A DNA stretch of 64,000 bases from Octopus vulgaris (taxonomy: Eukaryota). The notes below the pieces were generated by a model. That model saw only the letters and a program-made list of their open reading frames with translations, did not search any database and had not been told where the DNA came from. How positions within the stretch are numbered: the stretch's first letter is position 1; each line of letters opens with the position of its first letter. This document shows, one piece after another, positions 12,799 through 27,890 of this stretch. The translations under genes were made by a program, and so were the position numbers. The stretch is taken from positions 74,524,001 through 74,588,000 of the forward strand of contig OX597823.1 in the NCBI GenBank assembly GCA_951406725.2, given 5' to 3'.

Positions 12799-12882
<84 letters not shown>

Positions 12883-13364
12883 TGTATTCCGGATTGAGAA
12901 AGATTATCATCACATTGAATATACAATCCATCCGCAGCATCATGTATGTTTTTATGCTTATGTGGAATGCTCAGCCTAATGTAAACATTAATGTATGCAG
13001 GAATTAAATATGTAATATTGTAAAATATGCACCTGATGCTGTTTTGTTTGATCATTGAAGCAGCCTTTAAACGTTACTGCCAGACTTTACTTGCAACAGA
13101 TGTGTGGGTTGTAATTTGTTTGAGCAAATTTACATTCAGTAAATATCTAGGGAGATCTACTGCTTTGGTTAAATGACTATAGTTAAGTGTGTGCAAGCCT
13201 ACCTTCACTAATACGCAATGGAATATTAATAAGTTAAAATTACAAATTTATTGATTAACAGCTATGTTCTAAATGACAAATTCTGATTGAAATGACGTGT
13301 ACAAGCCTGATATTTTAATGAAGTCGAATTAACTCTATATGGAATATTGAAATGCATTGCGAAA

Positions 13365-15065
13365 TATATAAATCTTTTTTCAGAATGAGATAAAAAGACC
13401 AAGTCTGCGATGATTTTAGAACATTTAGAAATAAGTCTTACAGCTGTTTCCGGGTTTTTTATATCCCTTCATCGGAGAAGGTGTGAGGAAATGTTTAAGC
13501 AATAGTTAATTTAGATAAGATATAAAATAGAGGGTGAAGTGGAGGAATGAAAATAGATGTGAGATATGCAGGGATATTGCATTTGTAGATCCATTATTTA
13601 GCCAGAATGGTACACATATAAGACTCCAATATCTTGTGAGTAAATTCTGATAGTATTTACAATTGACCATTCCAAATATAGAGTTTGTACATAGTGCTAT
13701 TGAATCGAGGGTTTATTTAAAGTGACCTAGAGGTAGGGAATGTATTTGTAAGGTCAAATCGAAAACAGGAAGAGAGGAATAAAAAACGGAAAAAGGAAAA
13801 TAGAAAAGGAAAATAGAAAAGGAAAAAGATAAGGAAGGAGAAAGATAAGGAAGGAGAAAGATAATAAAGAGATGAAGAGAGGAAAACTGTACCAGTGAGT
13901 GGTCAGTCAAAATAAATTGATTGTAGGAATGGGGAGGTGAGGGTGATTGAGTGAGAAAGATATGAGGGTAAAAAAAGATGATAGGGTAAAGAGTAAAGGA
14001 GTGTAAGATAGAAGGAAATGAGGGAGTGATAGAGAGACAGGTATAATAGAGTAAAACAAAATAGAAATAAAGTGTCGGGTATGTAGCGATGGCGCCTAAG
14101 TGATGGGGCAAATAGGGGGTAGAAGTAGTAATATGGTGGAATGAAGAAGTTGGGAATATATATTAGGTTGGTTGGACAGATCAGTGCTTAGGAGTAGAAG
14201 AAAATATATATGTAAAGAAGTATAAAGATGCATATATTAAACATGTACATATATATTTATACAGATATTTATACATGACAACATCTACACATGCAACTCG
14301 TACTCATATGTATATGTACATATGTGTACCCATATATACGTGTATTTGTATGTATTATCGCCCCTGCACACGCATACATACATACATTTACACATGCACG
14401 TATATACACACACATACATACACATGCACATATGCATGCACGCATAGAATATAACTAAATGGTTGTGATATTCGAGTATGAAAGAGGAATTAGATTGGGA
14501 TTCGGAGTTAAAATGCAGATTTATAAGTTTATACGGATTACCTAAGGGATATTCTGGAAATAAACTGTATGTCATTGAGGCACTTGGACTTGTGGTAGAA
14601 TTTGAATGAAAACGCGGTGGTTGCATGTTCTTAGTGCTTCATTATGTTTATTTAGCATTGCTCCAGAGTCGTGCTTTAATATGTGAAGTGCCTCCTTGCG
14701 CGTTGCCCTCGATAGGGAAGCCCTGAATGCAGTATGGACCATGTTAGAGTATAGGGCATATTTATATTTTTGAGCTGATGTATGTGGTTGGTGAGTGCTG
14801 TAGATTTACTATTTTTATCGTATATAAAAGTAAGAAGATGAGCGGCATATCGTTGCTTAACTTTTTTTTGCTGCTCCTATGTATATGCCTGTAAAGTGTG
14901 TAGTAGATTAAGGACAGTGCATATGTAAATTATGTAAATTAACTATTGCTTAACCATTTTCTCACACTGTCTCTATGAAGGGATATACAAACATTTATTT
15001 ATATTTATAACTGTTCTAAAATCATCACAGCCTTGTTTTTTTTCTCATTCTGCAAAAAAATAAAA
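13365..15065 (-). mobile_element. 5'-truncated Penelope-like element: inverted pLTR, GIY-YIG 3' fragment, 3'UTR and pLTR with HHR
   Basis: 14925-15065 is an imperfect inverted copy of 13365-13520. 14560-14900 translates to GIYIGAAK..VKQRYAAHLLTF..KSTALTNHIHQLK..YTLTWSILHSGLPY..EALHILK..LNKHNEALRTCNHR. Confidence 0.8.
13436..13478 (-). ncRNA. Minimal type I hammerhead ribozyme in PLE pLTR
   Basis: Minus strand reads UCU-CCGAUGA-A-GGG(loop)CCC-G-GAAA-CAGCUG-UA-AGA, with palindromic stem III ACAGCUGU and a U4->C core variant. Confidence 0.7.
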
Positions 15066-15517
15066 TTATATGTACACATGCTGATATATGACCTACTTTG
15101 GACTCGTTATTCGCATGATCACCGAACCTGGCAGTTAAGTATGGTCTGTCCATAGCATTTACTGACACCAGTAGGTCTTAGTGACACCATTACCTCTCAT
15201 AATATCTCTCTCTCTCTCTGTATATATATATATCATTATCATAAGTGGATGATATATATGTAAAAGAAGCACACTCTAAAGGATAGAGCAGTAATGTAGT
15301 TACATGCATTTAAATATATGTCTGACCACAGAATGACCAATAGTTTTGCATTCATAAATCCCTTAGCTTTATAGACAACTCTGGAGACTCTCATGGTGGA
15401 GGGTATATAACCTCTCTTCAAGCTGGAGATAGAAGACCGTTACGGTCAGTTCATTTGTAAATAAAAATAATATTATTCAGTTTGAGCTTTGAGCAAGACG
15501 TGTTATCCCCCTTAAAG

Positions 15518-15897
15518 TGGAGGCGCAATGGCCCAGTTGTTAGGGCAGCGGACTCGCGGTCGTAGGATCGCGGTTTCGATTCCCAGACCGGGCGTTGTGA
15601 GTGTTTATTGAGCGAAAACACCTAAAGCTCCACGAGGCTCCGGCAGAGGATGGTGGTGATCCCTGCTGTACTCTTTCACCACAACTTTCTCTCACTCTTA
15701 CTTCCTGTTTCTGTTGTACCTGCATTTCAAAGGGCCGGCCTTGTCACTCTCTGTGTCACGCTGAATATCCCCGAGAACTACGTTAAGGGTACACGTGTCT
15801 GTGGAGTGCTCAGCCACTTACACGTTAATTTCACGAGGAGGCTGTTCCGTTGATCGGATCAACCGGAACCCTCATCGTCGTAACCGACGGAGTGCTT
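15518..15897 (+). mobile_element. SINE family B, full length, tail variant 3
   Basis: tRNA-like A box tggcccagttgtt and B box ggtttcgattccc; the head recurs at 5490 and 7665(-), the tail at 2153(-). Confidence 0.9.
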
Positions 15898-16149
15898 CCA
15901 TCTCCCTTAGACCGTTCGGTTGGCAGATCTAATGGACCTAAGGGCAAACAGAGCACCCCTACCATTAGGCAATATTCGATCTGCAAGAACTTTTTCCAGC
16001 CCTAATTGACGAACGTGGAATCCCAAGCATGCAGCAGGTAGCGTTTGGAATGGAGGCAGGGGATATACATCTTGAGTTTAAGAGAGATTCTTGGTCCAGT
16101 GTGCCTTTACATATCCTTGCCCGTGCAGCTATGCAAATCTTGCATCACC

Positions 16150-16350
16150 AGGAACTGACCTTTCGCCTGTACACCTGTACAACCACAGGTCCGCTTTTAG
16201 GATTCCGGAAAGGCGTTGCATCACGTCCCTGGCTAGCAACATATGGCGCCTTCAGGATGAACGAATCCCATACGAAATAAAATGGAAGGTCATAGAGCAA
16301 CCAGGGTCCTATATAAACGGGAACGGACGATGCAGGCATTGTATAGCAGT
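16150..16350 (+). pseudogene. PLE GIY-YIG endonuclease C-terminal fragment
   Basis: ORF 16091..16420 contains LYNHRSAFR..RCITSLASNIWRLQDERIPYEIKWKVIEQPGSYINGNGRCRHC, the same motif order as the 14.6-14.9 kb fragment. It is truncated by a family C SINE at about 16360. Confidence 0.75.
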
Positions 16351-16359
16351 GAGGGCAAA

Positions 16360-16490
16360 GACCTTGGACGCCGAAAGGATGAAAAGCACAATCAACATCA
16401 GCGGCTTTAGAACTCAATGAGTAAAATCGGAAGAAACGCCGCTAAGCATTCTGTCCGGCTCGGTAATAATTCTGTCGACTCACCACTTTT
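16360..16490 (-). mobile_element. SINE family C, degenerate 5' part
   Basis: gaaaggatgaaaagcac...gaactca...ccgctaagcatt...attctgtc.actcacc. Confidence 0.65.
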
Positions 16491-18908
16491 GTACCGTTTT
16501 CTATAAAATATCAAATTAGTCAACTACATTCTGTAGCGTACTTATAGAACTATTTTAAAATCATTATAAACAAGTAGCATGAGTTCTGTATGTCATTGAA
16601 TATTTATGTCGCTGAAAATTGCCTTATGCCCTTTTCTTACCTCTGTACGTTTGAATTCCGGTTTGAAATCCAGATAGAGTTGACTTTTGCATTTGTCGTC
16701 GTTCTGTGTAGACTGGAATTTCCGGCTCTTTGTTATCAGAAATAAATTAATAAGAATATAAAGCAGACAAAACTTCTATCCTTGTAAAAATCTTGCTACC
16801 AGAAGTATTGAAGCAACAATAAACTGATTTTCTATATGTAGGAGGCATTTTTAATACAGTACTTGTGGAATACGATTTCGTTGAGTCAGATCGGTAGATT
16901 TACTCTACAAAATTCTTACTTCAAAGCAACTTTTGCATTGTTACGATGTTAGCTACAATATCTATTCTTAATATAATGTTAATTTAATCGACTATAACAT
17001 TTAGGAAGAAACTTCTACAAAGTGAGTTGATCCACCAGGTACAACGTTTATATCTCCTTTAGGCCAAAATCTGCAGTTGAAACTGGAAGGGGACATTGTA
17101 TAATGTTGTTCTAGGTCCTAGATACAATATGTTTAAAAAGGAAAACGAGATGGCATATTCGTAGTTGGAATGCAAATGATCATTGACTTGTTCATCATGT
17201 CTGGCCTATGGTTATAAGCAATAGCTCCAATTATTATATCCACTTGACTCTGCTATTGCGAATTTGAATAACATGAATATAACATAGCAAGCTATAAAGC
17301 ATTAATGTTTGTGATATTCAACTTCTTAATTGTTATTTTATAAAGGTCCATTATAAACCGCGAATATTTAATAGCTTGTAAAGAGAGAAAATGAAGTTAT
17401 ATTATGAACTTCAGTATTTGGCCATGGATAAGTTTGCGTTATAATAATTAATGCAGGGAACATTAAAAGATAACACGAAACAATTATGCTAAGGAATGAG
17501 AATATTCAATGGCCAATATTATTTTCATTTTTATAATTAATACTCTATTGTTTATTCAGATAGCGTCTCTAAATTAATATTTCATTAAGGAAAATGATTC
17601 TTTTACGTTGTAATTAACCTGTAACACTTAATGTATTAATTTACTTGAACACAACGCAAACTAATACATCGCTTTATCTCTCTCATGCAAACCCTCAAAC
17701 AAAGTGGAATGTCCGAAACAGACAATTTATTCCTCACGGTCATAAACTTATCGAACTTTTCCGAGAACATCCCTATGGACCAGTTGTTGTTGACACCGAC
17801 TCATACTAATTACCGTGGATTCTGGAAGTATCGGTTACATTATGCATCTCATTTTTACGTCAATAAAAAAAGAACTCTTCAACGGGATACGTATCCGCTA
17901 GTGCAAGTATTTGTTTCTACAATACTAACTTGATGAAGTTCGGCTTATACTGGAGTATACTGCAGTTATTATATTTATCATGTAATCATTAATGGTAAAG
18001 TAAATCATTCTAAGATTACAGTTTAATAACTAGAGGCTCATGATTAATGGCATATCCAATTGCGTTTAGTTTCTTCTATTACTACAAATTTGCAACTCTT
18101 CCATGTCGCACACGGAAACTGCAGCACAGATAGATGTTTCATCAGCAGTGATTATGAAAAGGAAATGAAATGGTTTCAACACGAAATTGAAAGCTTCATC
18201 AAGCGCATGGAGATTGATCCATTACATTTGGTGATCATGTTAAAGTAATCCTGATTTGTTTTCACTGAAATGAAAGACATTTCGAAACACAAGAACAGAA
18301 GTGACACAAGAACAGCAGTGATTTTTTCCTGTTTCCTTTTAATTACGGAACTTGTAGTAATTGAAGGAAGTCTCATGAAGTCCTATATTTCTTTATGTTA
18401 GTGCGAATATTCATTGGAAAAAAATAGCTTCAATGCACATATGTTTAATGCCACTCAAAGGTAAAATACTCAGTTACTTAAAACTATTAAAATAACGTAT
18501 GCATATTATATAGTAACGTAGATATCTATGAAGATGATGACATAATTGTAAATCAGCAATGACTCTTTACACTTTATAATAGAGTTTATTTAATAGAGTT
18601 TATTAATAGAGTTCATTATATAATAGAGTGTATTAAGGAAGGTGATCTGCATTTCACAAATAAGTCAGTCTTCAAACAATAGTTATAAAATCTTGAAAAG
18701 ATGTGTTCCTATGAAAAATAATTTTTATCCCATTCTTCTAAATTAAAATCTATTGAATTGCATCTAGAAGGAATAAAAGGTTTTCACATGTAGATTTTAA
18801 AGAACCATAATTTTTCATGTGATACAGTTGATTACTCTATTCTCACGACTCGTTCTTTTTGGCACTCCTTCTTCCAGGTACGATCGTTGTTAGGCTTCTT
18901 ATAATATC

Positions 18909-18983
<75 letters not shown>

Positions 18984-19009
18984 TGTATATGTATGTATAT
19001 GTATGTATG

Positions 19010-19045
<36 letters not shown>

Positions 19046-19225
19046 ACAATATATATATATATATATATATATATACTAAGAAAATCTCTCATATAGTGCT
19101 TGGTCAACTCAACCAAGCACTATATATTTTCTTTAAGTATTAGAAATGGTTTTATAGTTAGTATAGTATTTTACTAAGCCCTTTATATATTGTAATAATT
19201 TATTCGCCTTAAATGGTCCCTTTCA

Positions 19226-19270
<45 letters not shown>

Positions 19271-19804
19271 TTTATAAGGAGAGCGACAGAAAGCATGAGA
19301 GAAAGAGAGAGTGAGCGAGAGCACGTGTGTCAATATACATAATATGTGCATGTGAGAAATTGTATGTAAGTATATGCAGGTGCGTATGTGGATATGAATG
19401 CACGAGCCCTAGCGGTTTCTTTTACTTACGATCATAATATCACAAGTACAGTAGTTGAAAGGGTATTTCGTTGAGAACTTAAGCAACACACTTTCTTTTT
19501 AGGTGGCTGCCTTCAATAGCAGGTGAATCTCTCTCTTTCTCTCTCTTTCGATTCCTCTGCTTCTCTTTTTCTGCCTCAAGCTGCCACATCTCAGATATAC
19601 CACTAGGAGACCGACCAGAAGAGTTGCAGGAGATACCGAAATGATCTGGACGCCGTGGTTTAAGCCAATGGCGATTTTGTTGAACAAATTTACTCTTTAG
19701 TATTTCAAGATATTTTCATGTAACTTTGGTAAATATATCTGTGAAAATGAGATGTCAGTATTATTTTAATGTTTGCGCAACTTATACGACAGATTCACCG
19801 CAAC

Positions 19805-19871
<67 letters not shown>

Positions 19872-20163
19872 CATATATATATATACATACACACGTACAT
19901 ACTTACATACGTACATACATACGAAGTGATATGGAAAAGTTCCACGACTAGTTATTTTTAAGGAAAAAAAAACTTATATACCTGAGTTTTAACAACATCT
20001 CTGTTGAAATAGCCATTTTGTCGGCAATACACCGGTCCTGCGTTCCTCTCACTTTTGGGGTCCGGCCTCAAAGTTGTTTTCCGTAAGCGAGTCTACTACC
20101 TTCTGCGATTCACTTTGAATCTCGACAACCCTGTTAAAACGGTCATCTCTGAGCTGTAAGTTC

Positions 20164-20803
<640 letters not shown>

Positions 20804-20908
20804 TATATATATTTATAGTGATGAATTATATGGTTATTGACGATGTGTCTATTTTCGGAATATTTGGCATTAGAAATTTTTTTTTGGGCCTTGTTTATAA
20901 GTTGTTTC

Positions 20909-20949
<41 letters not shown>

Positions 20950-22239
20950 GCAGACATACATACATACATACATACATACATACATACATACATACATACA
21001 TACATACATACATACATACGTGCATGCACAAGGGCAGGAATTTCGGCGGTGAGGGTAAGTAGATTACATTGATCCCAGCGTTGAAACGATGGCACGCGAT
21101 GTCGATCTCTGCGGAATTTGAACTCATATATATTTATAATGTATAATAAAATAAAACACAAGAATTCATTCATAAAACTTACATTTATGCCGTATTACGC
21201 ACGTTTCATTGACATTAATCTCATGTTTCCTTTAGAATAAAAACGGACATTTTAGGCTCCAACACATATCTGCGCCAACAAATCTGATCCAAAATTGTGT
21301 TGACCATTATCATCTGTCTTCCGTCCCTGGCATCATGTATGCTGCACAAAATCTATAATTTTATAAATGCCAGTTTTGTGTATTCAGTTAGGCGCAGCTG
21401 TAAATTTAAAACTTGTTTCAGTTTGCGTTTATCCCTCTTTACCTCCGTGTATCTGAGCGACTACATGTGTGCATGTGTTTAAGTATACGGCAGCTAGTAA
21501 ACATCAGTATCCGATACCCATGTACGCTGATGTAGGCATAAATGCAATCTCGAACATCTGTTTGCAAACATACACACGTACACAGAGACGAACTTACACA
21601 TATGTGTGAGTGTGTCTGTAACTGTGTGTCTGTATGTGCCTGTGTATGTAGATAAATATTATTTACGCAATTAACAAATTTCTGGGAACACATAGTATGT
21701 AGGAAAATTGAAAAGAATGTAAGGTAGAATTCATTAAGATTGAGGCATCATTAAAGAGAAAAAAATCATTAAATAGGAGTTTAAGAATGTGTTGAATGGA
21801 GATAAGCCAAGAGTTGCTATTGTTTTTTGCAAAAATTCAGAAGATAGCGTTTCCTATTACATATCCTTGAAATATCCTTGATGTCTATTTTAAATAAGAT
21901 ATTACGCTTAACCTTGTTAAAAGTTAGAATCTGAAAATATTGATGATGTACGCGCGGTTAATAAAATATATACCAGTAAAAATATATATTTATGAAGTGA
22001 ATTCTAATGTTCCGGACACGAAACTTTGTTGCAGAATACCAGAAGAGTCAGGTAGGATGGAAGGATGAAATAATCACGGCCGCAGTCAAATGATTTAAGC
22101 AAGTAAAAAATAAAATGATATCGAGGATTATCAACTCTTTGTTTATTAAAAGCAATATAAGTCATTTGTGATATCCATTATTGTTAATAATATTGAAAAT
22201 AATACTTTCAGCCTCATTCATTTTAGGCACATGGACTGG

Positions 22240-22795
22240 AACAAGAGGATTGGTACTGGTGCTTAACTGATACTTGTTTTATCGATCTCCAAAGAATGAA
22301 GTGGAAAGTTGACCTCGGCCGTGTTTGAACTATTTACATAGACGAAATAGCACTAAGCATGTTCTCTCAGCACGAGGCCTGAAATTTTGGGGGAAGTTGC
22401 TAGTTTATTACGTCGATTACATCTGGTACGTATTTTACTGACCCCGAAAGGCAAAGTCAACTTTAGAAGTATTGAAACTCGGATCGTACACACGAGGGAA
22501 ATGATGCTAAGTAACCTGTCCAGCGTGCTAACGATTATGTATGCTCGCCGCGTTAGTTGTATTGACAAAAAAAAATTAAAAAGAGAAAAAAAGGCAGCGA
22601 GTTGGCAGAATCCTTACCTAAAAGCTTAGCGGCATCACGTCTGTCTATAGGTTCTGAGTTCAAATGCCAGCAAGGTCGGCTTCACATTGAGCCTTGCGGT
22701 ATCGATAAAATAAGTATTAGTTCAACGCTGGCGTCGCTATAATCGATTTATCAATTCTCTCGAAATTGCTGGCCTTGTACCAAAATTTGAAATCA
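22240..22795. mobile_element. Cluster of three degenerate family C SINEs (two minus, one plus from 22592)
   Basis: ttgacctcggc...tttgaac; aaaggcaaagtcaac...ttgaaactc; aaggcagcgagttggcagaatcc...ttctgagttcaaat...tcgataaaataagta. Confidence 0.7.
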
Positions 22796-23239
22796 GCATC
22801 TACAACAACTTCTACCTTGCATTACAATTGTAAGTTTGTGATATTTCACTGTACCCCATTATTATCAACTTAGGGATTCATCGTTAGTAACAAAATCCTC
22901 ATTATTAATCTGCACACAAGAAATCATGCATTCTCGTTCTTCATTGACTAGCTCGGAGCCTTTATTGATTTGGCGATAATTATAGCTTTATTTAATGTTT
23001 AGTCACACTAATGTATTATATTAATTTATGTAATCAAATAGTTAATTCCCTACGTTATAAATTCAATTATTTATTATCTACTTATTCTATTCGTTTATAC
23101 TTTTTCGCATATCAGATTTTATATTTAATAACTACACTTCCATAAATATAATCTTATAAAATATAGTTATTATTGTAATTATTATGATTGTTGTTATTGT
23201 TGTTATTGTTGTTGTTGTTGTTGTTCTTCTTCTTCTTCT

Positions 23240-23530
23240 TTATTATTATTTTTGCACAGCGCATAACGTTTCCGATGTACTACGGTCCCAGCTGTTCACT
23301 ACTAGTGAAGTAAGGTAAGACCTTTTATTTTTCGAGCACCATCTGGCAAGTGCTTCATTCTTATTGCAGCCCCTATTTGTTCTTATGTACTTCTCAAGAT
23401 TTTTACTCACTGTTCCCAGGGCTCCGACAATTGCTGGTATTACCTTTTTCATCGACTACAACTGCTTAACCTCCCATACTAATCTATTATATCTATCGAC
23501 TTTTCTTTATTCCTTATCGCAAACTTTCTT
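23240..23530 (-). pseudogene. R4/Dong-like non-LTR retrotransposon 3' end (restriction-like endonuclease C-terminus)
   Basis: Translates DKE*RKVDRYNRLVWEVKQL*SMKKVIPAIVGALGTVSKNLEKYI; ends in a (TAA)/(CAA) microsatellite on the minus strand. Confidence 0.75.
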
Positions 23531-24859
23531 GTAGCATCGTTTGCTTTCTTTCTCCATTAGCACTATAGCATCATTTGCTATTGGGCAGATTTCCCGCCCC
23601 CTTATATTGTGATTTAGGAGGGGTTTGTGAAAAACAAGGGGGAATTCGCTGCGGTCTTCAGTGAACAAATTAATGATACTGCCCGGCAGTGGCTAAAACG
23701 CGAACCGATCAAGTGTATGTATAAATATTCATTTTATCTGCTTGTTTCCTTTTACACTATAGTAAAACAACGGCTGAAATTTTTGAAGCAGCACTGCCAC
23801 TAATTTTATCTACCAGCTGCCTCTGATTTGTAGTGTAAGTGTTGAGAATTAATGTCGTTTCCTAGAGCTTCAACACGTGGGAAGCAAAATTACTGGTGAA
23901 ATTGCTCTATGCAACTATGAAGAAAACTCTCAGAAGTCTTCTTGTAATTAATACTGGCCACTGAGAGGTGCTTTTTTTCCCTGGTGAGGCCATCTTCCAA
24001 ATCATTCTCCTATTTAACATCTAATGCCAAAATGCCAAAGTGTAGCCAGGCACCAGGCTTCTTCAAAAATGTTAACTTTCAATTTGGTTAAGAACTGGAT
24101 AGCGTCACGCTCTGAAATATGCTGGGTGTGGGTAAATTGTAGCCTTAATATTATTCAACAATCGTAGCTGAATAATATATGTTTGTGTGTAAGTAACATG
24201 GGTGAGAGACATCGTAAAGTAATACATTTATTACCTTTCATTGTGAGTATCGGGTACCTGTCTGTTTTGCTTTCTCCCCAGATACATGGGACAGCTTAGT
24301 TTTCAGTAGTCTCAGTAGAGGAGTAGGCAAACCCGAACTAGTAGAAAAAAGTGTGCGTGGAGATTAGATATAGTAAGGAATTAACAGCGGGGCTTTGCTC
24401 ATCTATTAACTTATCAATATATATATATAGATTTCAATTCATCATCAGCATAGTTATACTTTAATGAAATCATAATCTGCTGTAGTAGTGTCTACAGTAG
24501 ATTACAATCTCATTAATGAATGTGTTGTGTCAATAATCGGAAACAGAAAACTGGGACTATTATCACTCAGTATAGAGATACATGAGTAATAAATGATTAA
24601 ATGGTGGAACTAGGGAATGAGAAAGAAGCGGAAAAGGAAATAAATGAAGACGGCACCAAGATAACATTTGATAGTTACTTGTATGTATACTCATGTGAAT
24701 ACACTTGCATACACACGTGACAAAGGAGAATCTATAGAGGCGTACGCATACCAAGATATCACGATATATTTTAGTCATAGGCATAGGTATGTAGAAATAT
24801 ATACAAACATCAATATATCGATGCTCACATACACACACACAGAGGTACACCCATAAACA

Positions 24860-24900
<41 letters not shown>

Positions 24901-25102
24901 ACACATCCATGCAGACACCCACACATGTATACCCAGATATACACACATGTATACCCAGATATACATACAGGCGAATACGCAACAACATAGTCGCTAAATA
25001 CGCATATAGTAACACAATGAAAAGATGATTTATACGCACATACGTAGATACACTTTAAACTAAATCGTAGAAACGAATACAATCGTACTATTTTAAAACA
25101 AC

Positions 25103-25500
25103 AAGGCGGAAACCTGGCAAAAACGTTAGCACGCCGGGCGAAATGCTTAGAGGCATTTCGTCTGATGCTACGTTCTGAGTTCAAATTCCGCCGAGGTCAA
25201 CTTTGCCTTTCATCCTTTCGGGGGCGATTAAATAAGTACTAGTTACACACTGGGGTCGATGAAAATCGACTTAATCCGTTTGTCTGCCCTTATTTGTCCC
25301 CTCTGTGTTTAGCCCCTTGTGGGTAGAAAAGAAATAGGTACTACGTACGTCTTTACGTTGTGAGTTGAAATTCCACCGAGGTCGACTTTGCATTTCATCC
25401 TTTCAGGGCCGATAAATTAAGTACCAGTTACGCACTAGGGTCGGTCTAATCGACTGGCCACCTGCCCCAAAATGTGGGGCCTTGTGCCTAGAGTAGAAAA
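25103..25500 (+). mobile_element. Family C SINE, full copy (25103-25338) followed by a second 5'-truncated copy with a different tail
   Basis: aggcgg..cctggcaaaaacgttagcacgccgggcgaaatgcttag...gttctgagttcaaattccgccgaggtc.actttgcctttcatcctttc; the core repeats from about 25350. Confidence 0.9.
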
Positions 25501-26149
25501 AAAAACTATTTGAAAACAACTGTAGACTAGTTACTTGATAGTTACTAATTTCTGACGTCCCTTTTATTAACGTAATTATGCATGTATGTATGTTTTCTTG
25601 CTTGCGTTTACCTACATATTTGATATATCTTTATTTTAATATCTGTTCCATTGTATCGATTGTACCACTTACAGTGGTGTATATATCTCTGCAACTATTG
25701 TTTATTTATTTGGCATATGCAGGCATATCGACTATGGTGATACGTATTCTTATGTTTAGGCTGATCAGACATCTAGCCATATACGTGTGTCTACATGAAC
25801 GTGTCTGTGCGCAAATGTATATTTATATGTATGTACGCATGTATGTGTATGCATATTTAGTTGCATGTTTTTTTGGCAAATATTTACATATGTGTGCCTA
25901 TGAACAAAATTATAAATCGATATGTTTAGCATGCTTCAGTCTATATATTTTATTTCTCCTTTTTTGGTGCGTGTTGACCCGAGTGACCTTCAGCTTTTAC
26001 CTTAGTTACTCCATTTTTCTGTTTTCCTTTACTTCCTTTTTCTCTTCTTTCCACTTCCTTGGTTTCTTGATATAAGATTTATTACACTTTCTTTTTTTAT
26101 CTATGCAAAGCATACTTTACATTGTTGACACAAACATAGGCGTTAATTT

Positions 26150-26760
26150 GATTAGAGACTGCAATAGCCACTAGTAATATTTTAGAATGCTGCTTATGAA
26201 ATGAAATCACTCCCTTGTCGAACTGGCTTACGTAGTCTGTGAGTAAGGCACGCAACTTTTTTGTTCTGGTAGCGCGCTTTTCCATTCATCTGTATTGCAA
26301 ATTCTATCCAACGGATAAGTCACATGCATCTGAGCAGAAAGCAGAAAGGAGAAATATGGCACATTCGCAATTCGTAAAGTACATCCGATGTTCTTTTGTA
26401 ACAGTTATAGTCTTAGATGATCTCTTCTATCCCTTTTATTCAAGGATTTGATTATCACATATTATCACATTAAAAGCAACTTTTCTTGCTTCCGAAATGG
26501 AGTTGTACTTCAGCTGTCATTTTATTGGAATTTCTTGTCTAATTTTAGCAGGGGACGAAATAGATTTGAATAATAAGTTTGTTTATTATTCCTGAAAAAA
26601 AAGACACCAGCTCTTGTCCGCATTTTAAAAGTATGTACTGCAAGCGTGTGATTCCCTGTGTGTTTACGTGAGCCGTAAATTTTGCCGACTCGAACCGATC
26701 TTAGGGTGATATGACCGTTCCAACTAAGCCTCTGACAATATATATTTTTGCTTAAAATTT
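26150..26760 (-). pseudogene. Possible pogo/Tigger-like DDE transposase remnant
   Basis: Weak, frameshifted motifs in the expected order (GNHTLAVHTFK; LLL..CDN; HVTYPLDR..W). Confidence 0.3.
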
Positions 26761-27890
26761 TAGTGACCGTAACTTTCTTTTCCATTTTTAATTTGAAAAA
26801 AGGTTATGTTCCCGCGACTATTAGAGTCTGAGTAGCCCTCTATTACGTCTATGAAGCTAAGTGTTCATGAGTAAGAAACCTTTGGTCACTCTAAGACCGA
26901 CCGTATAGTTAACTTCCTATAAAGATATTACACTTTCGACGATTAAAGTGTACTTCTTTTTTGGATATATGATATACTGACGACATATATATTTACACGC
27001 AAGAAACATAAATGATAATTCACCAGTATTAACACTAATAATTATTCTCCTTCAAGCACCTATCTGAGAAATACACTCTTTATTACCCCTTACTCCTCAT
27101 TAACTAGTTAGTAACTCAATTAGCTAATTATTTTTATTCAATGAAAAGTCCATTTCCTGCGTCAATTTTTACTTATATTCACTTTCGTATGTATATGAGG
27201 CTAATTGTTTCTTATTAGTTTCACCCTGCCGTCTAATAAATACTATTGTTACTAATGATATGTGTACATACATCTCTTGAAAACTTTATTAGTTGAAACT
27301 AAGATTCTTTATGATACTTTTATTCATATCATTCATAGTTTTTTGTTGAATCCCAATAAAACAATTCCAAACAAATCATTAGAACCATTGATTTCTTTAA
27401 GACGAAGGAACTTTCGGAGATTACGAATGTAATGCGCCCCACACCTCATTCCTTCCAAGATAACAATAATTAATAAAATAGTTATGAAAAAACCCTCCAG
27501 CACAATCTTAATTGTAAACGTTAAATGTATATCTGATACCGGAAATAGTGTTGTAACTTTCATTTTCTCTTTTTATTCATTTCATTGTTTAATGAAATAT
27601 TTTGTGAGAGTTGCCGATTCTGATGAAAGGTCACTTCCTCCTTCCGGAAACCGGAGTAAAAATAGCAATTTTCAGAATCCACAATAAACCAAAAGATTTA
27701 GTTCATACATACATAATGCATACATACATAATGCATACATACTTACATACATACACATACATACACACATACATTCATATATACATATATACATATACAT
27801 AAATACATATACATACACATAGATATACACACACACACATATATATGTTAGTATGTATGTACATATATATATATATATATATATGTATAT

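Noticed and set aside
17685-17933. 82-aa ORF as a host exon
   Set aside because: No recognisable domain in the frames I read and no supported splice partners; cannot be excluded without RNA-seq.
19570-19700. GC-richer segment after a polypyrimidine tract as a coding exon
   Set aside because: All three frames reach stops without a recognisable motif, and the pyrimidine tract is largely (CT)n.
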